From the NCBI GenBank assembly GCA_040080065.1, contig JBEBJB010000028.1, forward strand, positions 1,495 to 65,494: a stretch of 64,000 bases of DNA. The letters run 5' to 3'. The stretch comes from Pyrinomonadaceae bacterium (GTDB taxonomy: Bacteria > Acidobacteriota > Blastocatellia > Pyrinomonadales > Pyrinomonadaceae). Made by a program: the position numbers and the translations under genes. Every line of letters begins with the position of its first letter. The stretch's first letter is position 1. Below are positions 39,086 to 49,675 of this stretch, piece after piece. The notes under the pieces are model-generated. The model was not told where the DNA came from. It was given only the letters and a program-made list of their open reading frames with translations, and ran no database searches.

Positions 39086-39142
39086 AAAATGATAGTATCC
39101 GAATGGATACGGAATTTCAAGTTTTTAGTCGCAGAAGTCCGT

Positions 39143-39171
39143 TTGACAGGCTAAATGCCGTGCGGTATTCT
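39143..39171 (+). promoter_or_regulatory. candidate sigma-70 promoter for tRNA-Glu
   Basis: TTGACA-N17-TATTCT, about 55 nt upstream of the tRNA 5' end. Confidence 0.45.
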
Positions 39172-39226
39172 TCTTGTTCGCCTTTTGACGGGTGGAGCGA
39201 TATTTGTAATTTTCATTTCCCTTTGT

Positions 39227-39301
39227 GTCCGGTTCGTCTAGGGGTTAGGACACCGCCCTTTCACGGCGGCAACACGGGTTCAAATCCCGTACCGGATACC
39301 A
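39227..39301 (+). tRNA. tRNA-Glu (anticodon TTC), CCA encoded
   Basis: GTCCGGTTCGTCTAGGGGTTAGGACACCGCCCTTTCACGGCGGCAACACGGGTTCAAATCCCGTACCGGATACCA. Anticodon loop CTTTCAC. Confidence 0.9.
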
Positions 39302-39380
39302 TCTCAAAGCCCAAGTTTTGCATCATATTTCTTTGTACAATTCGCTCATCACCTGAGCGAATTTTTGTTTGGAGTAACAG

Positions 39381-41177
39381 ATGCTGAAAAAAGTCCTTAT
39401 ATCCCTTCTATTTACGCTCCTTTTGGCGGTTTCGGCCCTTTCGCAGTCGCCGCAGAGTTCGAGCGATACGATTCTGATACTGCCGTTCGAGAATACTTCG
39501 GGAAAGCCTGAATTTAACTGGGTCGGTGAGAGTTTTGCCGATTCGCTGTCAGATCTTTTAAAGGTGCCTACGCTGAATGTTGTTTCAAATGAGGAGCGAA
39601 AGATCATCCAGCAGCGCCTGAGAATTCCGCTTACAAATATCCCGAGCCTCGCGACCGCTCTCAAAATGGCAAGAGATTCCAATGCAACGTTGCTGATCTC
39701 CGGCCGCTACACGATCGTTCCGGCCGGAGCGGAAACTGCGGCAACGATTAACGTTACTTCCAAGATCATCCGCGTGAACGAAGGCCGTTTCATGAGCGAA
39801 GTCATCGACGGACGCCAGGTAACCCGCGACATCAACCTGAATGACGCACTCGGCAACCTACAGACGATGCAGGGCCAGATCGCTTATCAGATCCTGTATC
39901 AGCGGGACAAGGCGTTGCCGTACTCACAGAATCAATTGATCGAGGCAGCGAATAAAGTTCCTGCGAGAGCGTTTGAGGCTTATATAAAAGGACTGCTGAC
40001 GCCGTCGCCCGAGGCTCGCGAGAATTACTTTAAGAACGCATCGAGGCTGTATACCGAGGCAACGCCGGACGCGACCTACACTGAGTCCGAGATCGAACTC
40101 GGCCATCTTTACCTCGGCCAACGCAAGTTTCCCGAAGCGATCGGTTCGTTTGAAAAAGTCGTCAGTGCGAGCCAGAAATGCCGCGATAAGGCAAAGGCGG
40201 ACAACAAACAGGCCCAGTGCAGCGATGAGAATTATGCCGAGGCATCGTTCTATATCGGGCTGATATTTTGGCAGCAGGGCAATTACGAACCGGCTCTCGC
40301 CACTCTTCGCCCGCTAACCGAAGACCTTAAATTGACCACCGTTTATAACGCTTTGGGAGCGATCGCTGTTCAGGCATCGCGAGCTGAGAAGAAAAACCCG
40401 GCGAAGGCCGCCGCCCTACTCAACGAAGGAATGGAGCTTCTGAAAAAGGCTTCGGACTCGGCCCCGGATGATGCGAATGTGCGGTTCAATTACGCGACGG
40501 CGTTGTTTTTGAATGGAAATACGGTCGATGCGGCAACTCAATTGCGTTCGACGATCGCCGCAAACCCGCGTGACGGAGAGGCTTACTATATTCTCGCCAA
40601 GGTGCTCGACGCCTTAAAAGATCCAACGCTCGCCGATATCAATAATCAGGCTCAGCGGTTCCTGACGGATAACAACCGCTACGCCAAGCTCGAGACCGAG
40701 TGGCTCAAGTCGAAGACGATCAGCGAGATCACGCTTCGGGTCAATCAGCCGGCGAGGAAGGACTTCGTCGCGGTTGTGCTGAGCCGAAAGCCTGTTTCGA
40801 CGGGCACCGCACAGATCAGCGAGACCGAAAGCCTGCTTGGTCTCGCACGCACTCTTATCAAGAACGGTAATGACGATGAAGCTATGACCACGCTCCGCCG
40901 CGTACTGGCGAGCGAACCAATGAGTGCCGAGAGCTATCTGCTGCTCGGCAAGATCCACCTGCGCCGCGGCGATATGGATCAGGCGGTCAGTTCGTTCAAA
41001 ACCTCGATATTCTGGGATAACAAGCTGATCGACGCTCACATCAGCCTCGGCAAGATATACGTTGAAAAAAACGATTGCCTGCAGGCGAAGGCTTACGTTG
41101 CATCTGCCCTCGAGATCAACGCAGAGAACGCCGACGCCCTGGCACTGCAAAGATTGTCGGAACGATGCTCCAAATAA
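39381..41177 (+). CDS. tetratricopeptide-repeat protein, exported
   Basis: 598 aa. Signal peptide. N-terminal ILILPFENTSGKPEFNWVGESFADSL domain followed by multiple TPR-like helical repeats. Confidence 0.8.
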   Translation: MLKKVLISLLFTLLLAVSALSQSPQSSSDTILILPFENTSGKPEFNWVGESFADSLSDLLKVPTLNVVSNEERKIIQQRLRIPLTNIPSLATALKMARDSNATLLISGRYTIVPAGAETAATINVTSKIIRVNEGRFMSEVIDGRQVTRDINLNDALGNLQTMQGQIAYQILYQRDKALPYSQNQLIEAANKVPARAFEAYIKGLLTPSPEARENYFKNASRLYTEATPDATYTESEIELGHLYLGQRKFPEAIGSFEKVVSASQKCRDKAKADNKQAQCSDENYAEASFYIGLIFWQQGNYEPALATLRPLTEDLKLTTVYNALGAIAVQASRAEKKNPAKAAALLNEGMELLKKASDSAPDDANVRFNYATALFLNGNTVDAATQLRSTIAANPRDGEAYYILAKVLDALKDPTLADINNQAQRFLTDNNRYAKLETEWLKSKTISEITLRVNQPARKDFVAVVLSRKPVSTGTAQISETESLLGLARTLIKNGNDDEAMTTLRRVLASEPMSAESYLLLGKIHLRRGDMDQAVSSFKTSIFWDNKLIDAHISLGKIYVEKNDCLQAKAYVASALEINAENADALALQRLSERCSK

Positions 41178-41190
41178 CGCAAAGCGTTTA

Positions 41191-41324
41191 GTCCAAAGTC
41201 TAAAGTCCAAGGCCCAAAGTCGGAGACCGCACGCGATTGCAATTTTCTTTTCATCAAAAAGCCCGAGAAATCGGGCTATTTTTATGGTCCGAAAGCTTTG
41301 GACATTGGACGTTGGGCTTTGGAC
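41191..41324. repeat. inverted GTCCAAAG-type repeat arms flanking a terminator
   Basis: gtccaaagtctaaagtccaaggcccaaagtc ... gtccgaaagctttggacattggacgttgggctttggac. Confidence 0.65.
41260..41285 (+). terminator. intrinsic terminator of the TPR gene
   Basis: agcccga gaaa tcgggct followed by atttttat. Confidence 0.7.
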
Positions 41325-41331
41325 CGATCTT

Positions 41332-41348
41332 TGGCACGCAACGTGCAT
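41332..41348 (+). promoter_or_regulatory. sigma-54 (-24/-12) promoter, copy 1
   Basis: TGGCACGcaacGTGCAt versus the consensus TGGCACG-N4-TTGCW. GG-N10-GC spacing is exact. Confidence 0.6.
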
Positions 41349-41357
41349 TAGTAAATA

Positions 41358-41501
41358 GCGGCCAGCTTGGTTTGGGAATCAAGACCTGCCGCCACAACTA
41401 CAACGAGCACGAGTTCAGCCACTGTGCTTTTAACCTTCCGAGCGTTCCACCAGTTGACCAACCTTTCAAGCCCGGCCGAATCGGCCGGGCTTCTTCCTTT
41501 T
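41358..41501 (+). ncRNA. candidate sigma-54-dependent small RNA, copy 1 (~145 nt)
   Basis: Runs from about 12 nt after the -12 element to the terminator aagcccggcc gaat ggccgggctt + cttccttttc. No ATG-initiated ORF. Paralogous to 41915-42059 with indels that break every reading frame. Confidence 0.5.
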
Positions 41502-41667
41502 CAATCAGTCGTTAGTGTGGCGTCCGGAGTCTGGAGCAGAAACCCGGAAGTACGTGGATCGCACCTCAACCATCACCGTTCCCATGGATATATGAACATC
41601 GAGATAACCTTTGTTGAAGAATCCGGGGGAGCTTTTTCACCTGTCATCTAAAACCGACAAATTTAAA

Positions 41668-41683
41668 TGTGAAACGTTTCACA
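41668..41683. promoter_or_regulatory. perfect TGTGAAACGTTTCACA palindrome (CRP/FNR-type or LacI/Cra-type site)
   Basis: Same 16-mer and flanks (cacactttttgt) as at 20526-20541. Confidence 0.45.
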
Positions 41684-41802
41684 CTTTTTGTGAAACGGCG
41701 ATAAATATTGCACGAAAGTTCGACAAACAGGGCGTTTGGTCGAAGGAATGCGGAGCTTTGCCGGGGATAAATGCCTCGATTGGTAGAGGTAAATGCGAGA
41801 TA

Positions 41803-41835
41803 GGTCGAAGGTTTTTGGAACTAAAAACTTCGACC
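41803..41835. promoter_or_regulatory. GGTCGAAGG...CTTCGACC inverted repeat, candidate enhancer (UAS) about 95 bp upstream of the copy-2 sigma-54 start
   Basis: ggtcgaaggtttttggaactaaaaacttcgacc. A further GGTCGAA lies 65 bp upstream (41738). Confidence 0.35.
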
Positions 41836-41888
41836 AAAAAAACCGCGACGCGCTCAAAACTCTCGACTGCGAACTCGCCACTATTCCG

Positions 41889-41905
41889 TGGCACGCTATA
41901 TGCAA
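41889..41905 (+). promoter_or_regulatory. sigma-54 (-24/-12) promoter, copy 2
   Basis: TGGCACGctatATGCAa. GG-N10-GC spacing is exact. Confidence 0.6.
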
Positions 41906-41914
41906 TAGAAGCAG

Positions 41915-42059
41915 TGGCCAGCTTGGTCACCCGATCAAGACCCTCCGCCATCACTACATCGAGCGCGGTTTGCCACTGTGCTCTTACACCTTCCGAGCGT
42001 TCCTACAGTTGTCCTTCCTTTAAGAGCCCGACTCACCCGAGTCGGGCTCTCCTCCTTTT
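41915..42059 (+). ncRNA. candidate sigma-54-dependent small RNA, copy 2 (~145 nt)
   Basis: Shares the blocks GGCCAGCTTGGT, ATCAAGACC, CCGCCA, GCCACTGTGCT and CCTTCCGAGCGTTCC with copy 1. Terminator agagcccgactc accc gagtcgggctct + cctcctttta. Confidence 0.5.
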
Positions 42060-42253
42060 AAACTCAGTGTTTTCGGGCTTTCCAGTAAATACAGGGCTAT
42101 CGTTCAATTTGAATCAAATTCGTTCAATCTGCGTCAGGCGTTTCGGGCTATCTGACCTGTCGCCTGAAGGCGAACCGGTTATCTGACAGATTTTGTCAGT
42201 TGGAACTGACGCAAATTGTTGTTTTGTCATTTTGAACGGTCAAAATGGTTTAA

Positions 42254-42289
42254 CTGGAGGGCGAGCATCCTGCTCGCCCGTTTTTTGTT
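42254..42289 (+). terminator. terminator-like hairpin (half copy of palindromic family 2) with T-run
   Basis: ctggagGGCGAGCAtccTGCTCGCCcgttttttgtt. Confidence 0.45.
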
Positions 42290-42319
42290 AGAATAAATTT
42301 TGATCGACCGTCCTCTCCG

Positions 42320-42562
42320 AGTCAGAACCGCCTGCGTAAGCGGGTGGAACGAACACATGGTGGGGACGACCCAGGATGTCTGAAAAACGGCGAATTTGAG
42401 AATGTCGGCTCCATAGGAGCCAAATGTTTGTAGAAGACGATGTCTAACTACGAACATAGCTCCGTAGGAGCGACCCATCGAGGTCGAAGCGGTGCCGCTC
42501 CTAAGGAGCTTTTTACTTCTGTTGTTTCTGTTTCTACAAACATACCGCTCCGCTGGAGCTAA
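42320..42562. repeat. cluster of short dispersed palindromes (GCTCC-N-GGAGC type)
   Basis: cggctccataggagccaaatgtttgtag, tagctccgtaggagcgac, ccgctcctaaggagc, ctacaaacataccgctccgctggagc. The only ORF here (42227-42478, minus) is a repeat translation. Confidence 0.7.
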
Positions 42563-42580
42563 AACCGTACCGATATTACG

Positions 42581-44170
42581 ATGAGCCTTATATCCAAAAT
42601 ACTCCCATCCTGGAAAACCGCTCTGCTCGCTATCCTCGCAGCGGTTTTGTTGATCGTGGCATTTCCCGATTTCGAATGGTGGTTCACGGCGTGGTTCGCT
42701 CTGGTTCCGTTGATGTGGGCGGTGGAGCGAGAAAAGGAATCGGTGGTGCGGTCGTTTGTGGTTGGATGGCTGTTCGGAACGGTATTCTTTTTTGGCACGT
42801 GCTGGTGGCTGACGTTTGCTCCGATAAACTACGCAGGATTTCCGCCGTGGCTCGCGTATTCGGGAATGGCGTTCGTAGCCGCCGTTGTCGGGCTGTTTCC
42901 GGCACTGTTCGCGGGCATCCTGGCGGTGTTGCTCAGGCGGTTCGGTTCGTGGGGTTTCCTGGCGGCTCCGTTTGTTTGGGTATTCACCGAGTTTCTACGG
43001 TATTGGCTGGCGGGGAATAACTGGAATGCTATTGGGTATTCGCAGGCATTCGTTGAGGTATGGCCGGTGTTCCTTTTCTGGACAGCTCGTCTCGGAGGTG
43101 TTTTGCTTACGGGCGCCGTGGTTGTGAGCGTCAACTGTCTGATAGCTCGTACATTTGTAGTTCTGATAGGGGCAGACGAAATGCGACCGAAGCTCAAACA
43201 GTGTTTCATCGAGTGGGCGGCCTTCCTGACAATTTCGTTGATTGCACTTATTGTGAACTTTCTCACTATTGGGGAGTTACGGTCGGAGGTGCCTCGGTTC
43301 ACGGTAATTGCAGTTCAACCAAATGTTCCAATGAGCTATCTTGATCCAATAAGGCTTGAGCAACTTCGTGAACGACAGATCAACCTTGCCGAAGCGGAAA
43401 TCGCAAAACTCACAGCCGAACAACGATCAAACATCTTAGTTGTCTTCCCCGAATCCCCAATGAACTTTATGTACACGGATGACCGAGAGTTTCAGAAGTT
43501 TATCGGGGATTTTACCCAACGAAATAATGTTAGCGTCCTGTTTAACTCGGCTGAGCCTGACTCAACCAACGCCAAGTATTTTAACTCGGCGGTGATGGTC
43601 GGAAGTGACGGACGAAAGGTCGATGAGTACGACAAGATATACCTCCTGCCCTTTGGTGAGGCCATTCCGTCGCCGCTCGACGGCATCATGCCAGGTTTTG
43701 TTGGGAATTTTTCTTATGGCCGTGAATACGATCTATTTCCCGTAGGTGATGCCAAAGCGGGCGTTATGATCTGCTTCGAATCGCATTTTGGAGCGTTGAG
43801 CCGCGAGTATGTCCGCAAAGGGGCGGACGTTCTAATTGAAATGACCAACGACGGGTATCTCGGTCCGACACCTGTCCTGCGACAGCATCTGGCCAACGCC
43901 GTTTTCAGGGCAGTCGAAACGAAAAGACCTGTCCTTCGGGCGACGAACGTCGGTATAACAGTACGCATAAATCAATATGGCGATATGTGCGATTCGCTAA
44001 TTAGCTGTGGCCCAGAATCGTATACTGAGGGAGCAAGCGTCTGGAGCGTATCAAAAAGCGACGGTTCGCAGACGTTTTACGTAAAATACGGCGATTGGTT
44101 TGCGTGGCTGTGTTCTGCGGTGACATTAGGAATATTGGCATTGAGCCTTAGGAGAAGATCAACCACATAG
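42581..44170 (+). CDS. lnt: apolipoprotein N-acyltransferase
   Basis: 529 aa. N-terminal multi-TM region plus a C-terminal CN-hydrolase domain (VVFPES...ICFES). Confidence 0.85.
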   Translation: MSLISKILPSWKTALLAILAAVLLIVAFPDFEWWFTAWFALVPLMWAVEREKESVVRSFVVGWLFGTVFFFGTCWWLTFAPINYAGFPPWLAYSGMAFVAAVVGLFPALFAGILAVLLRRFGSWGFLAAPFVWVFTEFLRYWLAGNNWNAIGYSQAFVEVWPVFLFWTARLGGVLLTGAVVVSVNCLIARTFVVLIGADEMRPKLKQCFIEWAAFLTISLIALIVNFLTIGELRSEVPRFTVIAVQPNVPMSYLDPIRLEQLRERQINLAEAEIAKLTAEQRSNILVVFPESPMNFMYTDDREFQKFIGDFTQRNNVSVLFNSAEPDSTNAKYFNSAVMVGSDGRKVDEYDKIYLLPFGEAIPSPLDGIMPGFVGNFSYGREYDLFPVGDAKAGVMICFESHFGALSREYVRKGADVLIEMTNDGYLGPTPVLRQHLANAVFRAVETKRPVLRATNVGITVRINQYGDMCDSLISCGPESYTEGASVWSVSKSDGSQTFYVKYGDWFAWLCSAVTLGILALSLRRRSTT

Positions 44171-44235
44171 GAACATAGGACACATAGGCTGAAGATATTT
44201 TGGTCCTTTTCTATGTGTTCTATGTATCTATGTGG
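44163..44235. repeat. CCACATAGG-type inverted repeat at the lnt 3' end
   Basis: ccacataggaacataggacacatagg ... ctatgtgttctatgtatctatgtgg. Confidence 0.7.
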
Positions 44236-44259
44236 TGAAATGTAACTGGAATACTAAAA

Positions 44260-45361
44260 ATGGAACTAACCGACCTACAAACCAAATTCGACGAGATCAA
44301 AGAGAAAGTTGCCCAACTTGGGAGGTTTCTTTGACGCGCCTGCCAAACAACGCGAATTAGACGAATCGGAAAAACTTATTTCGACGCCGGGATTCTGGGA
44401 CGATCAGGAGTCGGCGCAGAAGGTCGTGCAGCAGCGGTCGCGGATCGAGAAGGCTTTGTCGCGGCAGAAGGCGTTTGAGACGGGCGTTTCGGATGCTGAG
44501 GTGTTGTTCGATTTTGCGGCTGAGGATGCTGATTCGGCGACGGAACTTCAAGCATTGATCGAGCGTTTGGATAAAGAGGTCGCCGAGGCTGAGACCGAGA
44601 GTTTGCTGTCGGGCGAAACGGACGCGAACAACGCGATCTGCTCGCTCCAGGCCGGAGCGGGCGGGACGGACGCTCAGGATTTTTGCCAGATGCTGCTGCG
44701 GATGTATCTGCGTTGGTGCGAGAAAAAAGGTTTTAAGGCCGAGGTCATCGACGAACAATCGGGTAGCGAAGCCGGTTTAAAATCGGCGACATTTCGTGTC
44801 GAGGGCGATTACGCCTACGGGTTGCTTTCCGCCGAGGCCGGAGTTCACCGGCTCGTGCGCATCTCGCCGTTCAACTCGGGCGGCAGCCGCGAGACTTCGT
44901 TCGCATCGCTTTTTGTCTCGCCCGAGATCGACGAGACGATCGAGGTGAACATTGAGGACAAGGACCTTCGCATAGACACCTATCGCTCGTCCGGAGCGGG
45001 AGGGCAGCACGTGAACGTGACCGATTCGGCAGTAAGAATCACGCATATTCCGACCAATATTGTTGTAACATGTCAGAACCAGCGTTCGCAGATCCAAAAC
45101 CGGGCCGTTGCGATGCAGGTGCTGCGGTCGAAACTGTACGAGGTCGAACTAGAAAAACTAAGAGCCGGAGCCGCCGAATTAGAGGCCACCAAACAAGACA
45201 TCGCCTTTGGCTCGCAGATCAGAAATTATGTGCTGCATCCGTACAAACTCGTGAAAGACACGCGTACTAAATTTGAAAAATCGGATGTCGATGCGGTTTT
45301 GGATGGGGAGATCGATGAGTTTATTAAGGAGTTTTTGGTGTTCAAGAAATCCAACGTCTAG
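44260..45361 (+). CDS. prfB: peptide chain release factor 2, two frames joined by programmed +1 frameshift (44260..44331 + 44333..45361)
   Basis: Frame 0 reads MELTDLQTKFDEIKEKVAQLGRFL then in-frame TGA. The +1 frame continues DAPAKQRELDES... with SPF and GGQHVN motifs. The ORF track shows only the downstream frame. Confidence 0.9.
44320..44335 (+). promoter_or_regulatory. RF2 +1 frameshift site
   Basis: GGGAGG ttt CTT TGA C: an internal Shine-Dalgarno-like box, 3-nt spacer, slippery CUU and a UGA-C stop, as in the classical prfB site. Confidence 0.85.
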
Positions 45362-45402
45362 CCGCATAACATCTATGCTAAAATGCCCGCGAGGCAGAAA
45401 AT

Positions 45403-45615
45403 ATGATCTCGATCGAAACTATCAAAAATAAACTTGAAATGCTTCCGCCGTCCTCGCGGAAACAAGTGCTGGACTACGTCGACAGTCTGCTTGCAAAGCC
45501 GACTGAGTTCAATAGAGAGGAGCGAATAGCGGCCATCAAAGAGTGGGCTCAAAGTCACGCAAACAATCGCGCAGTTATACATGACGACAGTCGCGAAGGG
45601 CTTTATGAGGATTGA
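45403..45615 (+). CDS. putative antitoxin (70 aa) of the downstream PIN toxin
   Basis: Small acidic protein (IKNKLEMLPPSSRKQVLDYVDSLL, DUF2281-like feel). Its stop overlaps the PIN start (TGATG). Confidence 0.5.
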   Translation: MISIETIKNKLEMLPPSSRKQVLDYVDSLLAKPTEFNREERIAAIKEWAQSHANNRAVIHDDSREGLYED

Positions 45616-46076
45616 TGGGCGTGGAAAAGATCGTCGCCGACACAAACATCCTTTTACGGAGTGTTGAGCCTTCTCACGAGGCCCATTTCACGGCGGTAAA
45701 CGCCCTCGTTGTTTTAACTGCGGATTACGGAGAGATCTGCGCGTTCCCCCAAAATCTTGTTGAATTCTGGAACGCGGCTACACGCCCACTCTCAAATAAC
45801 GGGCTAGGTTGGGACGCGATAGCTGTGGAGAAGGAGATAAATAGAATTGAATCACTTTTCACGATTTTGCAAGACTCGGAATTCATCCATCAAGAATGGA
45901 AAACGATCGTGAGTGAAAAGTCGGTTCTTGGGAAGCAGGTTCATGACGCTCGGATTGCCGCGACGATGAAGGTTCACGGAGTTTCCAAACTCCTGACATT
46001 TAATGTCAAGGATTTCACGCGATTCGATCGCATTGAAGTTATCGATCCGAACGTTCTCATGTCCACTGATAACTAA
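45615..46076 (+). CDS. PIN-domain ribonuclease toxin (VapC-like)
   Basis: IVADTNILLR...VHDARIAATMKVHGVSKLLTFNVKDFTRF shows the PIN acidic residues. A TTG at 45612 is an alternative start. Confidence 0.8.
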   Translation: MGVEKIVADTNILLRSVEPSHEAHFTAVNALVVLTADYGEICAFPQNLVEFWNAATRPLSNNGLGWDAIAVEKEINRIESLFTILQDSEFIHQEWKTIVSEKSVLGKQVHDARIAATMKVHGVSKLLTFNVKDFTRFDRIEVIDPNVLMSTDN

Positions 46077-46102
46077 GCTCATCGCCGAAATCGTTACCAG
46101 AA

Positions 46103-48610
<2,508 letters not shown>

Positions 48611-48754
48611 ATGATATGAAAAATCTGATATGCTTGTTATTGAAAATGAAATTCGTCAAATTCTAAAGGAAGAATATTAGAATAAACGCTAGCACACATC
48701 GGCATGAATGAGGGCATGGAGTGTGTTTGTTGTGCCGCGAGGCACATCGGAAAA

Positions 48755-48813
48755 TAGCCCGATGCGTAGCGTCGGGTTACGAAGCCCAAAGAGATTTCCA
48801 CGCCGCAGGCGTG
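48755..48813. repeat. bipartite REP upstream of the RAYT gene
   Basis: tagcccgatgcgtagcgtcggg ... cacgccgcaggcgtg. Inverted copies lie at 49325-49392. Confidence 0.75.
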
Positions 48814-48826
48814 ACGGAACAAAAAC

Positions 48827-49276
48827 ATGGCCCAAACTCACCTTAGCCTCCAAGTCCATCTCGTTTTTCATACATCTGACAATCGAAAAAGCATCAAGCC
48901 GGAATGGCGTGAACGACTGTACGCATTCCTTGGTGGATGCATTAAGGCCGCGGGATGTGTGCCCTTGGCGATCGGCGGTACGTTTGACCACATCCATCTT
49001 CTAATCGGGTTTCGGGCGACACACGCGCTCGCCGACATCGTTCGGGACATCAAGGTGGCATCGTCCAAATGGGTGCACGACGAGATCGGTCACAGAGCTT
49101 TCGGTTGGCAAGGCGGCTACGGCGCGTTTAGTGCGAGTCCGTCCCACGTCGATCGTGTTAAGAATTATATAGCGAACCAGATGGAGCATCATCAGGTTCG
49201 TTCGTTTCAGGACGAATATGTAGAAATGCTCGATTCGGCCGGCGTGGCCTATGAGGTGAAATATTTGTGGAAATGA
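48827..49276 (+). CDS. REP-associated tyrosine transposase (IS200/IS605 TnpA-like, RAYT)
   Basis: 149 aa. LQVHLVFHTSDN..., HUH motif DHIHLLIG and WQGGYGAFS (catalytic Tyr region). Confidence 0.8.
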   Translation: MAQTHLSLQVHLVFHTSDNRKSIKPEWRERLYAFLGGCIKAAGCVPLAIGGTFDHIHLLIGFRATHALADIVRDIKVASSKWVHDEIGHRAFGWQGGYGAFSASPSHVDRVKNYIANQMEHHQVRSFQDEYVEMLDSAGVAYEVKYLWK

Positions 49277-49324
49277 TTCGCTCCGCCGCCCCTGCGAGGC
49301 GGGGAAAGGTGTGTGGGGATTCGG

Positions 49325-49392
49325 CCCCGACGCTACGCGTCCGAAGACGGACGCTACGCATCGGGCTAATTTCCGGTACGCCTGCGGCGTGA
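49325..49392. repeat. inverted copies of the RAYT-flanking REP
   Basis: ccccgacgctacgcgtccg, gacgctacgcatcgggcta (exact reverse complement of 48755-48773) and acgcctgcggcgtg. Confidence 0.75.
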
Positions 49393-49667
49393 TATTGATC
49401 GCGATATTCCTGGCGTCCACTGCCTGTAGCTCAAAAGTTGTACATGAGCCAGATTCTCAAACTTTTTCTCGGGGTGAAATAAATATCAACACGGCGACTA
49501 TAGACGAGCTAGAAAAACTGCCGCACATTGGCCGCAAGACGGCGGAAGCGATCGTTGAGTTTCGCGAACAGAACGGCCCGTTTCGACGGGTTGAGCATCT
49601 GATGCAGATTCGCGGGATCAGCGAGCAACGTTTTCTCGACCTTCGTCCATTTATCAAAACCGAATAA
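49389..49667 (+). CDS. comEA: ComEA family helix-hairpin-helix DNA-binding protein
   Basis: Start proposed at GTG 49389 (VILIAIFLASTACSS lipobox); the longer ORF from 49311 begins inside REPs. INTATIDELEKLPHIGRKTAEAIVEFREQNGPFRRVEHLMQIRGI. Confidence 0.75.
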   Translation: MILIAIFLASTACSSKVVHEPDSQTFSRGEININTATIDELEKLPHIGRKTAEAIVEFREQNGPFRRVEHLMQIRGISEQRFLDLRPFIKTE

Positions 49668-49675
49668 TTAATACG

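Noticed and set aside
40614-41348. 244-aa minus-strand ORF
   Set aside because: Antisense to the TPR gene, and it extends through a terminator and repeat arms.
41237-42478. Multiple 75-190-aa ORFs on both strands in the 41.2-42.5 kb region
   Set aside because: The two paralogous copies differ by frame-breaking indels and show no RBS or ATG support. The minus-strand peptide seen in copy 1 (…VAELVLVVVVAAGL…) is not preserved in copy 2. The region is better explained as sRNA genes plus repeats.
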